Origin: Trichosphaerium sp. ATCC 40318
Taxonomy: Eukaryota > Protista > Tubulinea
Reading direction: 5' to 3'
DNA: 64,000 nt
Assembly: GCA_038496445.1 (NCBI GenBank)
Contig: JALMLS010000316.1
Location: forward strand, 1-64,000
This document shows, in pieces, positions 1 to 11,512 of this stretch. A model generated the notes under the pieces. It was not told where the DNA came from, ran no database searches, and saw only the letters and a list, made by a program, of their open reading frames with translations. Both the position numbers and the translations under genes were made by a program. Position 1 is the stretch's first letter, and the number at the start of each line of letters is the position of its first letter.

Positions 1-246
1 CAACAGAGAAAACGAAAACGGTGGAATACGCTGAAAAGCTATGCCAACGTTATTTTGGTATTGGACCATCTAATACTGTCCCATCTTAAACGTAACAGCG
101 GAACTACGCGTTGTAATCAATGAAAAGTATCACGCACAAAACTGGGATGCGGAGTCGTTCGATAGGGTTCGCATTGACATTGACAAGATACTGAAAACCA
201 GTTATTCAAGTTTGCAACGTACCTTGAGAAGTTGGAGATAAACTAG
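1..246 (+). pseudogene. 3' end of the duplicated RGS gene, frameshifted relative to the 14334-15190 copy
   Basis: Same sequence as the RGS C-terminus but with two 1-nt deletions (near 80, gtcccatc vs gtcctcatc; near 200, accagtt vs accaagtt). May be consensus error. Confidence 0.65.
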
Positions 247-610
247 TGTTTCAACTAAAAAAACCAACAGCAGGAGTTACACCCTTACCCTTCACTTATC
301 TCTTTACAACACACAAACCATGGGAAGGAGGTATACAACACCATAATCCAGTTTACTCTTTTGTTTGATCTATTGTACCGTAGAATAAAAATATCCAAAA
401 TTTTTTTAAATTAGATTCATGAAAAGAAATCCAGCCGGATTAAAAAACAATACTTGGTGCAAGTACAACTCACTAAGTACCTTGTTTATACAGTAAAAAC
501 AGTCTTGTGAGGTATCGCTTTGTGAGGAGTTTTTATTGACTTTAGGCAGTCAAATCAACTTTCAAAATTAGCATAAAAGTCCACATAACCTCCTGTAAGC
601 AACAACAAAA

Positions 611-2298
611 ATGGGAATGTGTGCAGGCAAGACTGCGGAGCCTAATTTAGCGCAAACACCAGAGAAGAAACTTATGCGCATTCTAATGCTTGGTAAGAGC
701 CTTGAGTAACTAATATGAGTATAACGGGGTTATTGCTAACGTTGTGGTAGGTATTGGTGGAAGTGGTAAATCAACTGTAACTCAACAGCTCAGAATTCTT
801 CATAACCCAAAGAGTAAAGACCGTGCGTTCACAGCAGAAGAAATATCAAACTATGCTGAAGTAATCGTTAAGAACCTCTACCAAGGTATTACAGCATCTG
901 ACGTAGTCCCACTTTTGTTATACTAACGCAATTACTAGCTTTTGAAGTATTACTTCGCGACTTTGAAGGAGAAGACGAAGGCGAAGCGCACGACTTCTTC
1001 AGAAACTACAGGTACGCAAGTTACCTAGCGGTGGGGCGTCTGTGTGGCGGTTTGAAAGCTAAATGCTGTATTTTAGAGAACAAAAAAGCGAAAAAGATCA
1101 CAAAGAGCAAATGGACGCGGCCAAAGAAATTCTAGAAGATGAAGCATTCAAAAACCTATGTCTCACACCGGGCATTTATCCCGAGATTCCAACCCTTAAC
1201 CACTACATTGCGCAATTCGAAACTGTTCTAGACACCAACTATGTGCCTACAGATGAAGATATTGTAAAGTGCAAACAACGAACGGTTGGTATTTCAAGGT
1301 AAATACAACAATCGACTGTTTTCGTTTGTTTTTTTGTTCGCCGTAACCACAAAGTTTTTCGAAAATCACAAAATAGGACAACCTTTAGTTCTTTGTTTCG
1401 GCTTCTCGCTAATGCGTTTGCCTTTTAGGAGTCGATTTAAACGAGATAAACTTGTATGGGAAGTCATTGACGCCGGTGGTCAGCCTGTAGAGCGTAAAAA
1501 GTGGTATGTATCCGGAAATATTTTTTTAAAGGCGCCAGATGATTCCTTGTTTGGTTGGCGTAACATAACGTTGTTTTTTTTGCGTTTTTGGAGTACAAAA
1601 CTTATTGCTATCTAAATTTGGAATGTGGTCTTCTGAAGCTTTAGAGATGTTGTTGATGTCAACACTTTTCGTATTCTCTGTGTTCTCCTAACTCTATTTT
1701 TCAAGGGATCGTATTTTGGAGGAAGAAATTCGGGCTGTTATCTACGTAGTAGCTGTCAACGAGTTCGATGTACCGGATAAATGGCTAGGTACGACTATTA
1801 TCTATTATTCAGTGCGTGTATGTACTGACAATTGCGTTAGGAAGCGCAGAGGACGAACAAAAGAAAATGCGTGTTGAAACTGCACTTGAGACCTGGAAAA
1901 AGGTTATCACAGACAATGGTGACCACTTAGAGTACGTGGGGGAGAGAATCGCTTGCTTTGATGGAGAATCTTATTTTTTCTTTCTTTGTAGCAACGTCAT
2001 CTTGTTCATCAACAAAATCGATATTCTAAAGGAAAAATTGAGCAAGACTGAAGGCCGTAAGGCTTTCAAGGCTCAGTTTAGTGACTTTGAAGGTGATATG
2101 AAGGATAAGGAACAAACTGAAGCTATTGAGTATCTAAAACAAAAGTTTTTGTCATGTGTCGATGATGAGAAGGTCAGGGAGGATATTACTGTTCATCCTA
2201 CCGTTGCAGTAAATGCAGAAAATATTAAAATCATCACTGATACAGTGTTTGATAGGCTATTTGCCAACCGTATGCGCAATTCTGGCGTAACAATCTAA
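611..2298 (+). CDS. Heterotrimeric G-protein alpha subunit, atypical (copy 1, multi-exon)
   Basis: MGMCAG N-terminus (myristoyl/palmitoyl-type), RILMLGIGGSGKST P-loop, YVPTDEDI..RTVG switch I, DAGGQ..ERKKW switch II, ILFINKID G4, HPTVAVN G5. Exons join through GT-AG introns. Confidence 0.93.
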
Positions 2299-3070
2299 GC
2301 GCTAGAACTCAATCTCCTTTTTTGGCGTTTTTCTTTGCAAACTTTTTGGTAGCTTGACATAATTGTCAAGCTGATATTAAGAAGGAAGAGAGCACGGCTA
2401 AAGAAAAACATAACCAATTCAATGGCGTTTAGTATTTTAATGTACTAAAATACACAACTTATTTATAAAAATACCAATCATTGTCTATGTTATAGTTAGG
2501 TGTCACGACATGTATGTTCTACTTGAAATTGTTACTTTGCAACTAGTGATAGCCACGCTCATCACTAATGCGTTAAATCGGAAAATGCGACTTCATAATG
2601 TCAGTTCTTGTAGTGACCATTTTAAGGACTTGATCATTTTTTCCTTTTTTGGCTAACCTTATTATTGTAGCAAGAAGTAGCGGTCACATGTGAATATTAT
2701 AAACGCATTCTAGATTTATGGTAGGGGTACGGAAAGAAAGATTAAGACGCGATAAAACACTCCTGAGCCTTTAATAATGATACAAAACAATTGATAATTA
2801 TCTCTAGTGGTAGCGCTGAAGCGATGTGTATCTAGTTGTATTAGTTCGTGTTGTTTCGCTTCGTTAAGGTTAGCCAGTACCCTTTATTATTAATATGATC
2901 CTCTCAAACCAGGTTTGGCGGTTTTAATAAAGTGTGCACCATCAAGCCACGTGATATTCGACCCATATTTCTTTACAATCTACATCTTATCATACATTCA
3001 TATTTTTTTTTTTTTATCGTTTTACTATTACATTTCGTTCGGACATGCAACTGAGTACATCAGCCTTTGA

Positions 3071-4644
3071 CTAAACGTTAGTCAGCCAAATCACTGTAGT
3101 TCCTTCTTGGCTCTCCACGTGCCCTATACTTGCGCCAGACATATTTATCAAGTCGCTAGTGAGACTTGGCATACTCCTACTTCTTCGTTTTCTAAAGTCT
3201 TCTCTCATCACTGCCTCGTTATGCAGTAACTGCCTCCTCACAGAGAAATCTGTTCGACTTCTCGTATGTCCCTCATGAGGCTCTGCGATGCGAACACGTG
3301 GTTGTGCTCTCGCCCTTACCTGAAGGGCGCCTATGTCTTGTGGCAAAGAGCGTTGACGCCAAGGATAGGTGAAGGCCGTGATGCTGGTTTCTTAGGCGAA
3401 GTAGGTTGCGGTCGCTTTGGCGGACGTCTAGGAGAACTTTTTCTTTTGTTTCTCTGTGCCTTTGACGCATGGTTTGGACCTGAAGATTTTCTCTTTTTCA
3501 ATTTCTTCAAGCCAGCTTTGTCCACAGTTATCCACCTGTGTACTCATGTTAACACTAATATGTGAATTGAATAAATACCTTGATCTTATCTCCTCACGCT
3601 GCTTCATAACGACATCTTTCCATTCTCTGTTCATGATTGCACCTAACCAAAACGTGGGGACTACATCAACAAAGTAGAGTTTTTATTTTACCCGTATTAT
3701 TAGAAAAGGATGGCCTTGGTTCGCTCAGTATCAATCTCGTTGATGATATAGCAGAGCTGTAGGATGTGAATTGATACTTTAGCATCGTGGCCCTTAACGT
3801 TGATTTTTCCCAAAGAAAGAATTTGCTGGAAACTGTTCATAATACCGTGGATACCTAAACAAACAAAGTTAATAACCCCTCCAAAAAAAAAAACCTCAAA
3901 AAACCACCCGACATACCATTTCCCTACCGTCAAGTTGACAATAAAGATAGTGTGTATGATCCAGGCTTGCTTCGGACTATTTGTGATTTTCTACATGAAA
4001 AAAAAAGTGAATCGTCATGTTGCGAACAAAAACCGAAAGATATTCACGTGAATGAAAAAAACGTGAAAACAAACAAGTTATAACTTCTATGTACCTCGAG
4101 GAATGTATTCTTTACATCTCCGGGGAAAAGTGGGTACGCAAAAGCATTTTCTCCAACTACTGGGAACTTCCTCTTTATGTCGTATTCCCATTTCCCTTCC
4201 TTCAACAGCGTAGTATACCTATTTATAAATTTTAGGTAACAAAGTTTTATTGCCGTTATTTGGATGTACCAATCTGCCAGCTGATTGCATGTCAAAATTT
4301 TGCGTTCTCCACAATTAAAAAATAAAACACTTTGTGCTGTCTTTTGGCGCTTGACACCTTCACAAACAAGTAAATATAAGAGATCACAACAAAATCAAAA
4401 CAAAAAAAAAATATGTTATTGTTCACCATCAAGTTACATGACGTACCATATGTGTGCGCCATGAAATCCTAGTGCAGATGCGTAATTGAGATACGCATTT
4501 ACTACCAGTCTTTTTACGGATCCTTTGAATACGCCAGCATTGTAAAAGCTAAATGAAATATAAGCCCGAAAAATTTCATGCAGATTTAAAGATAACACGT
4601 AGGGTTGAGTCGAGATATGCAATGTACACCCTACCATCATTTCT
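3071..4644 (-). pseudogene. 5'-truncated, frameshifted copy of the p300/CBP-like HAT gene
   Basis: Mirror of 9934-11512. It starts mid-HAT domain at the duplication junction, has a lost splice donor near 4600, and has 1-nt deletions (the 11057-11512 ORF is split into 3331-3525 and 3071-3346). Confidence 0.8.
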
Positions 4645-4649
4645 TACCG

Positions 4650-6290
4650 TGGGGCTGTACCTTTGACAGACGAACTTCATGGAGAAGATAGAAAGGCTAT
4701 ATGCACCGCCGAAATAAAAAGACCACTTCAGGCTGCATTTGCTGCTCTGGCGTGTACGTCTTTTCTCGTTTTTTTTTTTGTTTTGCTACACTTTTTTTGA
4801 CACATTGCGGCTTACCTGTCATGTGTAGAGACGATTTTTTAAACCTCATGTACCAGTTGATAAAGAGCAAAAGTAAATTCGAATACGTTCTCGTTGAAAC
4901 AACAGGCATGGCAGATCCCTCGTTTGTGAAGCTTTTTTACACCAATGCACGTGCCCCAATAACAAAAAACTAAACGAGACAATCAAATTGCTCACGGCCG
5001 CTGTAGAAACTAATTAGAGAAAACTTTTACCTCGATGGCATTGTGTGCGTGGTGGACGCGCTCAACGGTCTGAAACGCCTGAAAGAGAAAAAGGTTAAAA
5101 TAAAAAAAAAACCTGCAAAAAATAACCGCACTAATATTGCTCTAACGCTTACTCAATAGATTAGTTACAGCACAGATGTGACTGTTATCAACGAGGCAGT
5201 GGAACAAGTTATTTTCGCTGACAGAATTATAATTAATAAGGTTCATCATTTATTTTTGTTTTCGTTTACCATTGCTTACACCAACCAATACAGATGGATT
5301 TAGCCAAAAAATCAGGTGTTAAAAAATTGAAGGCAGCTATCAAATCACTCAATGCTATGGCACCTATCTACGAAGCTGAGCGCGCCAAAGTTAACTTGGA
5401 AAACCTTATAGAAATTAAAGCTTTCAGGGTTGATGCTGCCACACAAAGGGACACCTCATTTTTAGATATTCGGTGCGTCTCCATCAGTAAAAATTGTTGG
5501 CTTTTGCATATTTATTAACTTGTACAATACATAGGCCCAACAGGAAACACGATGGCGAAGTTTCTAGCACAACGTTTGGCGTTGATGGTAACACCTTTCC
5601 TTCTCTTATCTTATTATGTTGATTAAAACCTAGGCAATTTGGAACAAATAGCGTTCCGCATGTGGCTGAAAACAATGTTGGCAAGCTTAAAAAATCTCGA
5701 TGCACTACCTCTAAGGATAAAGGGCATTGTGCACTTTGCAGACGAAAGGTGCAATTAGCTTCAAGTCACCCTTCAAAAAAACCACGCAGTGTACTTACAA
5801 GCACATCTTTAAGGTTTGTTTTACAAGGAGTTGAGGATGCATTTACGCTTGAAAATACACGTGTCAAAGAAACAGGCACTAAAAAGAACACAATTGTGTT
5901 CATAGCTAAAGCGCTTCCAACAAATTACATAAAAAAGAGCTTCAGTATGTTACACAAGGGCAAGCAGCTGTATATACAAGGTACGTGACATCAATTCTTA
6001 CTCAGCTAATTTCTTGCAAAGGCCCCTCTTTCTGGACGGGAATGAGTACGTACCTTTTTTTTATTGTTGTTGTAGCGCATTACTTACTTTTAACTCTTTG
6101 CAAATGTTCATTAACAACTTTTTTTTTTCAAGTGCCTGTGTTCGGTATTTTAGCGATTATCTTCTGGGTGGCGTTCCCTTGGGCAGATTACGCGCCAAGT
6201 TGGGTGCTAGAGAACAACACCGCCATTGTCTTTACTTTTGCCATTGCATTTTATACCGTTCGTACATACCTGTCCAGACGGAATAAATAG
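4650..6290 (+). CDS. COG0523/CobW-family (ZNG1/CBWD-like) metallochaperone GTPase; 5' end missing; C-terminal hydrophobic helices
   Basis: GCICC metal motif, VLVETTGMADP Walker B, FYLDGIVCVVDA, EAVEQVIFADRIIINKMDL, and CobW_C-like LRIKGIV..FVLQGV..NTIVFIA. No Walker A exon before the 4644 junction. Probable 1-nt homopolymer frameshift near 4718. Confidence 0.88.
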
Positions 6291-6426
6291 CCTGCACCCG
6301 CATTTTGTAGATTGTTGAGTTTTGGGGCGTTGTCGACGCCTCAAGAAGTAAACCCAAAGCGAAGTAGCACAAATATTTTTTTTTATTTGCTTCCTTAGCG
6401 ACAAAAAGCACCAATTTTCAGTTCAT

Positions 6427-7004
6427 TCAAGCTTTTTTGAGGTCGTTCAATGAGTCTTCAAGTTTTTTTGAGTTGGCGCCTAATAACAAAAAGTCAGTAG
6501 AGGTGAATACTAAATTTACCCCATGTATTAACAGTGTGTTAACGTACCGCTGAAAGTGGATACTTGTTCGCCATTCTAAACGAAGTATAAGACTTTTTAG
6601 ATTGTTGAAACGCAGCACGTACGTTCAAGAATACGAAGGTAGGTACTCCACGGACTTTTTTGACAGCCTCGAGCTTTCCTAACTCATCAATATCGACGTG
6701 CAAGAATTTAACGTCAGGGTTCTTTGTGGCGAGCTCTTCGTATACAGGGGCGATCTTTTTGCAAGGTCCGCACCTTGTGGTGAAGGTTTAGTGACTCGGC
6801 ACGTTGAAGGTGAAAAAAAAAAAAAAAGAGCTAGCTATTTGCCATCAATCTACGTACCATGTAGCAGAATAATCGATAATGACCTACAGCAAAAAAAATA
6901 AGCCAAACACCTTTTTGTTAGGTAGTATGAGCTACGGAACGTACTTTGCCGCTGGCAGCGAGTGTTGCGTATTCTTCCTCTGTTTTTACGTGTACGACGG
7001 CCAT
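6427..7004 (-). CDS. trx: Thioredoxin
   Basis: Spliced translation MAVVHVKTEEEY..VIIDYSATW|CGPCKKIAPVYEELA..VKFLHVDIDE..VRGVPTFVF..GANSKKLEDSL. Canonical WCGPC active site, split by an intron. Confidence 0.93.
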
Positions 7005-7128
7005 TTGTTGTTTTGTTTGTGTGAAAGTTCTTGAAAAATAACGGAGCACTGACTTAAACATACTGTCGTTTGGCGTCGTTATCAACGTACATGGTGAGAA
7101 ACAACTGATATGGTTTATTTTGGTGTAA

Positions 7129-8263
7129 CTACGGAATCATGTCTTCCACGAGATTGTCCGCCTAATAATCTGCGTGGTGGCGCCCGTGGCCATAGTTTAT
7201 ATTGTGTATGTACGCATCCGCCCAGTCTTCGTCAGTTTCGTCATCGCTGTCACTTTCCTCGGTTCTGCATTGGCGTAAGCAATAGAGCAAGTACCTATTC
7301 TTTTGGCGTACTTATAAAATTTTGTTGGTTGCAACATGTGATCGTTGTATTCAAAGTTTGAAAGGTTGTCCAGTCCTAAACCAGCAGTAATGAGTCTCAG
7401 CTACATGGTAGTACTCTTACCTCTTAGCACACAAACAACGCCATCGTACGTGATTTGCTTACAACCCTATGTTGGTATATTTAGCCAAAATAAGATTTTC
7501 TTTTTAGTTTTAATTACGAACTTTGACGTTAAGATCACGCAAGTTTGACAGCGCTACAAGTTGACGTTAGGTGGCTAGAGTGGTGATGTATGTGTCAAAG
7601 ACGCAAAAGGGTACCAGTTAGTTCCATGAGACAATCGTTAGATATAGTAGACGCTAGCGGGTAAACGTTAGAAAAAATTTCGAGTTGGAAACTGACACGT
7701 TCTTACCAGAAAGATTCAGCGTTAACAAGTTTGGTAAATCTTCGATCTTTGTTAAGCAGGTTTGTTCAACAGTAAAATAACGTACTTGTTAACTGTGTGT
7801 AACCTACACTTGTAACGCCTGTACATTTACTGAGGTTCAGCGCTCGTAGTGAGGTACCTACCCTACTAACCAGCATTTCAATACAAGCATCATTTATTTT
7901 TTGGCATTGTTTAAAGTGTAATTGCGCAATCGGTTCTAGGCGCCCAAAGTTAGCGCAACGAGAGGAAATTAGGCAAAACAACCACAAGAAAACCAAAATA
8001 TTGTACCATCATTTCTAATGAGCAATGAAAGCCAACTATGGTCAATTTTATGCGTATGGCACAAGTATGCCAGTATTTTGTGACGCAACACATCAGGTAA
8101 AACTGAATAATATTAATTTGATTATATTAGCATTCGTACTGGCAATTTGGGTACTGCTTGCTGTTGTTTGAGAGGAGAACGAATTTTTAGCTACTGCTGA
8201 TACACAAAGTGACTCTAGCGTTTGAACCAACTTGGTCATAGGTTTTGACGGCGTATCAGCCAT
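7129..8263 (-). CDS. Leucine-rich repeat protein (cysteine-containing/AMN1-FBXL-like LRRs), multi-exon
   Basis: N-terminal TLESLCVSAVA motif; LHFKQCQKINDACIEML and LRALNLSKCTGVTS LRR-CC repeats; acidic tail ESDSDDETDEDW. 3' end approximate. Confidence 0.65.
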
Positions 8264-8455
8264 GCTAACAGCAAATTAAGCAAATCAATGAAACGAATCT
8301 AAGCCCGAGTCCTATTCTAATCGCAGTGATCCGTCAAAGAGGGTTGAACCATACCCAAGCTCTGTGTACTATTTTAAGGAATACTCAACCAAACAAGTTT
8401 ATTCGCACGTGTTCCAAATAGAATATAGGAATCCGTGGTCTGCACTGACGGACAA

Positions 8456-11400
8456 GAAAGCGGAATGACAAACACAAGGTCATAAAATGCGCTGGCAGTT
8501 TTTGTTTCAAAGCCCGAAATTTCGGAAAAGCAAGCGCATTGGTACAGGTAGTACTGCTTGCTGGCAACCTTTTTCCTTTCAAGCTGTAACGGAACTACTG
8601 CTAAAAAACAAAACAGCACGGGGGCTTGCTGTCGCTAATCCCGTTGAGTACACAACGAATACAACTTAACAAATCGGTTTCATAAACTAAGATCGCTCTG
8701 TGTGAACACAACCAAATGGATGATCGCCCTTATGAGCGGTTGAAATCATCTCCGCAGAGCAAGAATAAGCCTAAGTCTGGTGGTGTCTTTTGGAACACCA
8801 TTGCCAGCGAAGCTGGTTACACGCTACAAAGTACGTCGAATTCATATATTTTACTATCACGAAGTTTCCTACGCGTATTATACCTGGTTTAATGCCAAAT
8901 CTCCAACGAATGGATATTTTTAGAAAAAAATCACGTCATCACGTGACATTTATTGGTTCCTACCTAATACTACAAGGTTTGGAATTCACCTACCTTTTTT
9001 TCAAAAGGGAACTTCTTGATTTTCATGTGTTTTATTAAAAACTTTCCGCACAGGATACAAAGGAGGGAACCTACGCTTGGTGGGCAGACTGTGGGACGCG
9101 CAAGTGCACAAATACCGAGTAATAGATGAAGCAGCCAAAGGTGCAGAGATTGCAGGCGCTAACGATTTTTATGCGTGTCAGAGTTCCTTCAACTCTCTGG
9201 TACGGTTCAAGTTGGTTATTTTTTTTCTTCTTTACAAAAATGAACGTGTCACCTTTTTATACTGATATTGCCAAACGTAGGTTGCCCAGCGACGCAAGCT
9301 TTTGCGCCCAAAAATACCAAAGCGTCTATTGAAAAAAGCTACAGGGTTCTGGAACACTCGTGATCCACATTTTTCGCTCCCTAATGCTCCATCAAACATA
9401 CACTTTAAGAAAAAAGTTGCATCCGTACGCTAGTTGAAAGTAGAAATAAAACGTGTACCAATACTCGTTTTTCTGACTGCATTTTAATTATAGAAGAAGA
9501 AAGGCAAGAAAGGTGGGCGTATGGTAGAAGCTGATTACATAAGACGAGGCTCTGGAACTACAAAAACATCATTAGCTGATTACATAGGTGATAACACATG
9601 CGTCAACATATTCGGTACTTACTATCACGTGAAATAGAGTATGCAATCCGTGAGAAAATGGGAGGTCAGTTAAATGGCTTATCAGTTCATGTACTAGCAC
9701 AATACTATGATACAATGTCATCTATGGGTGAAGGCTACAAACTTCAGGCGACATACTTCAAACGAGTAATATTCGTGGCTCAAGAATTGAAACCAGGTGC
9801 ACATCATAGCATAGCGCAGCATAGCATCTTGTACTTTTTTTTGTTACTTTTTTTCAGTCTAACAATTCAAGGTAACATTTGCTTTGTATTTGCCATGTAT
9901 GTATATGAATTTGAAAAGGATTGTGGGATAAGCAGAAATGATGGTAGGGTATACATTGCATATCTCGACTCAACGCGTACGTGTTATCTTTATAATCTGC
10001 ATGAAATTTTTCGGGCTTATATTTCATTTAGCATTTTACAATGCTGGCGTATTCAAAGGATCCGTGAAAAGACTGGTAGTAAATGCGTATCTCAATTACG
10101 CATCTGCACTAGGATTTCATGGTGCACACATATGGTACGTCATGTAACTTGATGGTGAACAATAACATATTTTTTTTTTTGTTTTGATTTTGTTGTGATC
10201 TCTTATTTACTTGTTTGTGAAGGTGTCAAGCGCCAAAAGACAGCACAAAGTGTTTTATTTTTAATTGTGGAGAACGCAAAATTTTGACATGCAATCAGCT
10301 GGCAGATTGGTACATCCAAATAACGGCAATAAAACTTTGTTACCTAAATTTATAAAATAGGTATACTACGCTGTTGAAGGAAGGGAAATGGGAATACGAC
10401 ATAAAGAGGAAGTTCCCAGTAGTTGGAGAAAATGCTTTTGCGTACCCACTTTTCCCCGGAGATGTAAAGAATACATTCCTCGAGGTACATAGAAGTTATA
10501 ACTTGTTTGTTTTCACGGTTTTTTTCATTCACGTGAATATCTTTCGGTTTTTGTTCGCAACATGACGATTCACTTTTTTTTTCATGTAGAAATTCACAAA
10601 TAGTCCGAAGCAAGCCTGGATCATACACACTATCTTTATTGTCAACTTGACGGTAGGGAAATGGTATGTCGGGGTGGTTTTTTGAGGTTTTTTTTTTTGG
10701 AGGGGTTATTAACTTTGTTTGTTTAGGTATCCACGGTATTATGAACAGTTTCCAGCAAATTCTTTCTTTGGGAAAAAATCAACGTTAAGGGCCACGATGC
10801 TAAAGTATCAATTCACATCCTACAGCTCTGCTATATCATCAACGAGATTGATACTGAGCGAACCAAGGCCATCCTTTTCTAATAATACGGGTAAAATAAA
10901 AACTCTACTTTGTTGATGTAGTCCCCACGTTTTGGTTAGGTGCAATCATGAACAGAGAATGGAAAGATGTCGTTATGAAGCAGCGTGAGGAGATAAGATC
11001 AAGGTATTTATTCAATTCACATATTAGTGTTAACATGAGTACACAGGTGGATAACTGTGGACAAAGCTGGCTTGAAGAAATTGAAAAAGAGAAAATCTTC
11101 AGGTCCAAACCATGCGTCAAAGGCACAGAGAAACAAAAGAAAAAGTTCTCCTAGACGTCCGCCAAAGCGACCGCAACCTACTTCGCCTAAGAAACCAGCA
11201 TCACGGCCTTCACCTATCCTTGGGCGTCAACGCTCTTTGCCACAAGACATAGGCGCCCTTCAGGTAAGGGCGAGAGCACAACCACGTGTTCGCATCGCAG
11301 AGCCTCATGAGGGACATACGAGAAGTCGAACAGATTTCTCTGTGAGGAGGCAGTTACTGCATAACGAGGCAGTGATGAGAGAAGACTTTAGAAAACGAAG

Positions 11401-11512
11401 AAGTAGGAGTATGCCAAGTCTCACTAGCGACTTGATAAATATGTCTGGCGCAAGTATAGGGCACGTGGAGAGCCAAGAAGGAACTACAGTGATTTGGCTG
11501 ACTAACGTTTAG
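8456..11512 (+). CDS. Divergent p300/CBP-type (KAT11) histone acetyltransferase-domain protein, multi-exon; 5' end uncertain
   Basis: CFVFAMYVYEFEKDC..GRVYIAYLDS matches p300 CFFGMHVQEYGSDC..RRVYISYLDS. AYLNYASALGFHGAHIW matches GYLEYVKKLGYTTGHIW. QLADWY matches RLQEWY, PLFPGD matches PYFEGD, YQFTSYSSAISST matches LEFSSLRRAQWST. Basic low-complexity tail. Confidence 0.82.

Larger units (their letters stand above)
1..4644. repeat. Left arm of a >=4.6 kb inverted duplication (pairs with 9934-14581; runs off the window start)
   Basis: Base 1 onward is the reverse complement of sequence ending at 14581. Mirrored ORF pairs: 744-926/13656-13838, 1063-1302/13280-13519, 3456-3677/10905-11126. Identity stops abruptly at 4644/9934. 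Confidence 0.97.

Noticed and set aside
2351-2372. Near-perfect palindrome agcttgacataattgtcaagct, and a hairpin near 2543-2567, downstream of G-alpha
   Set aside because: Short isolated hairpins in a 3' region; no RNA family features, and not a terminator in a eukaryotic context.
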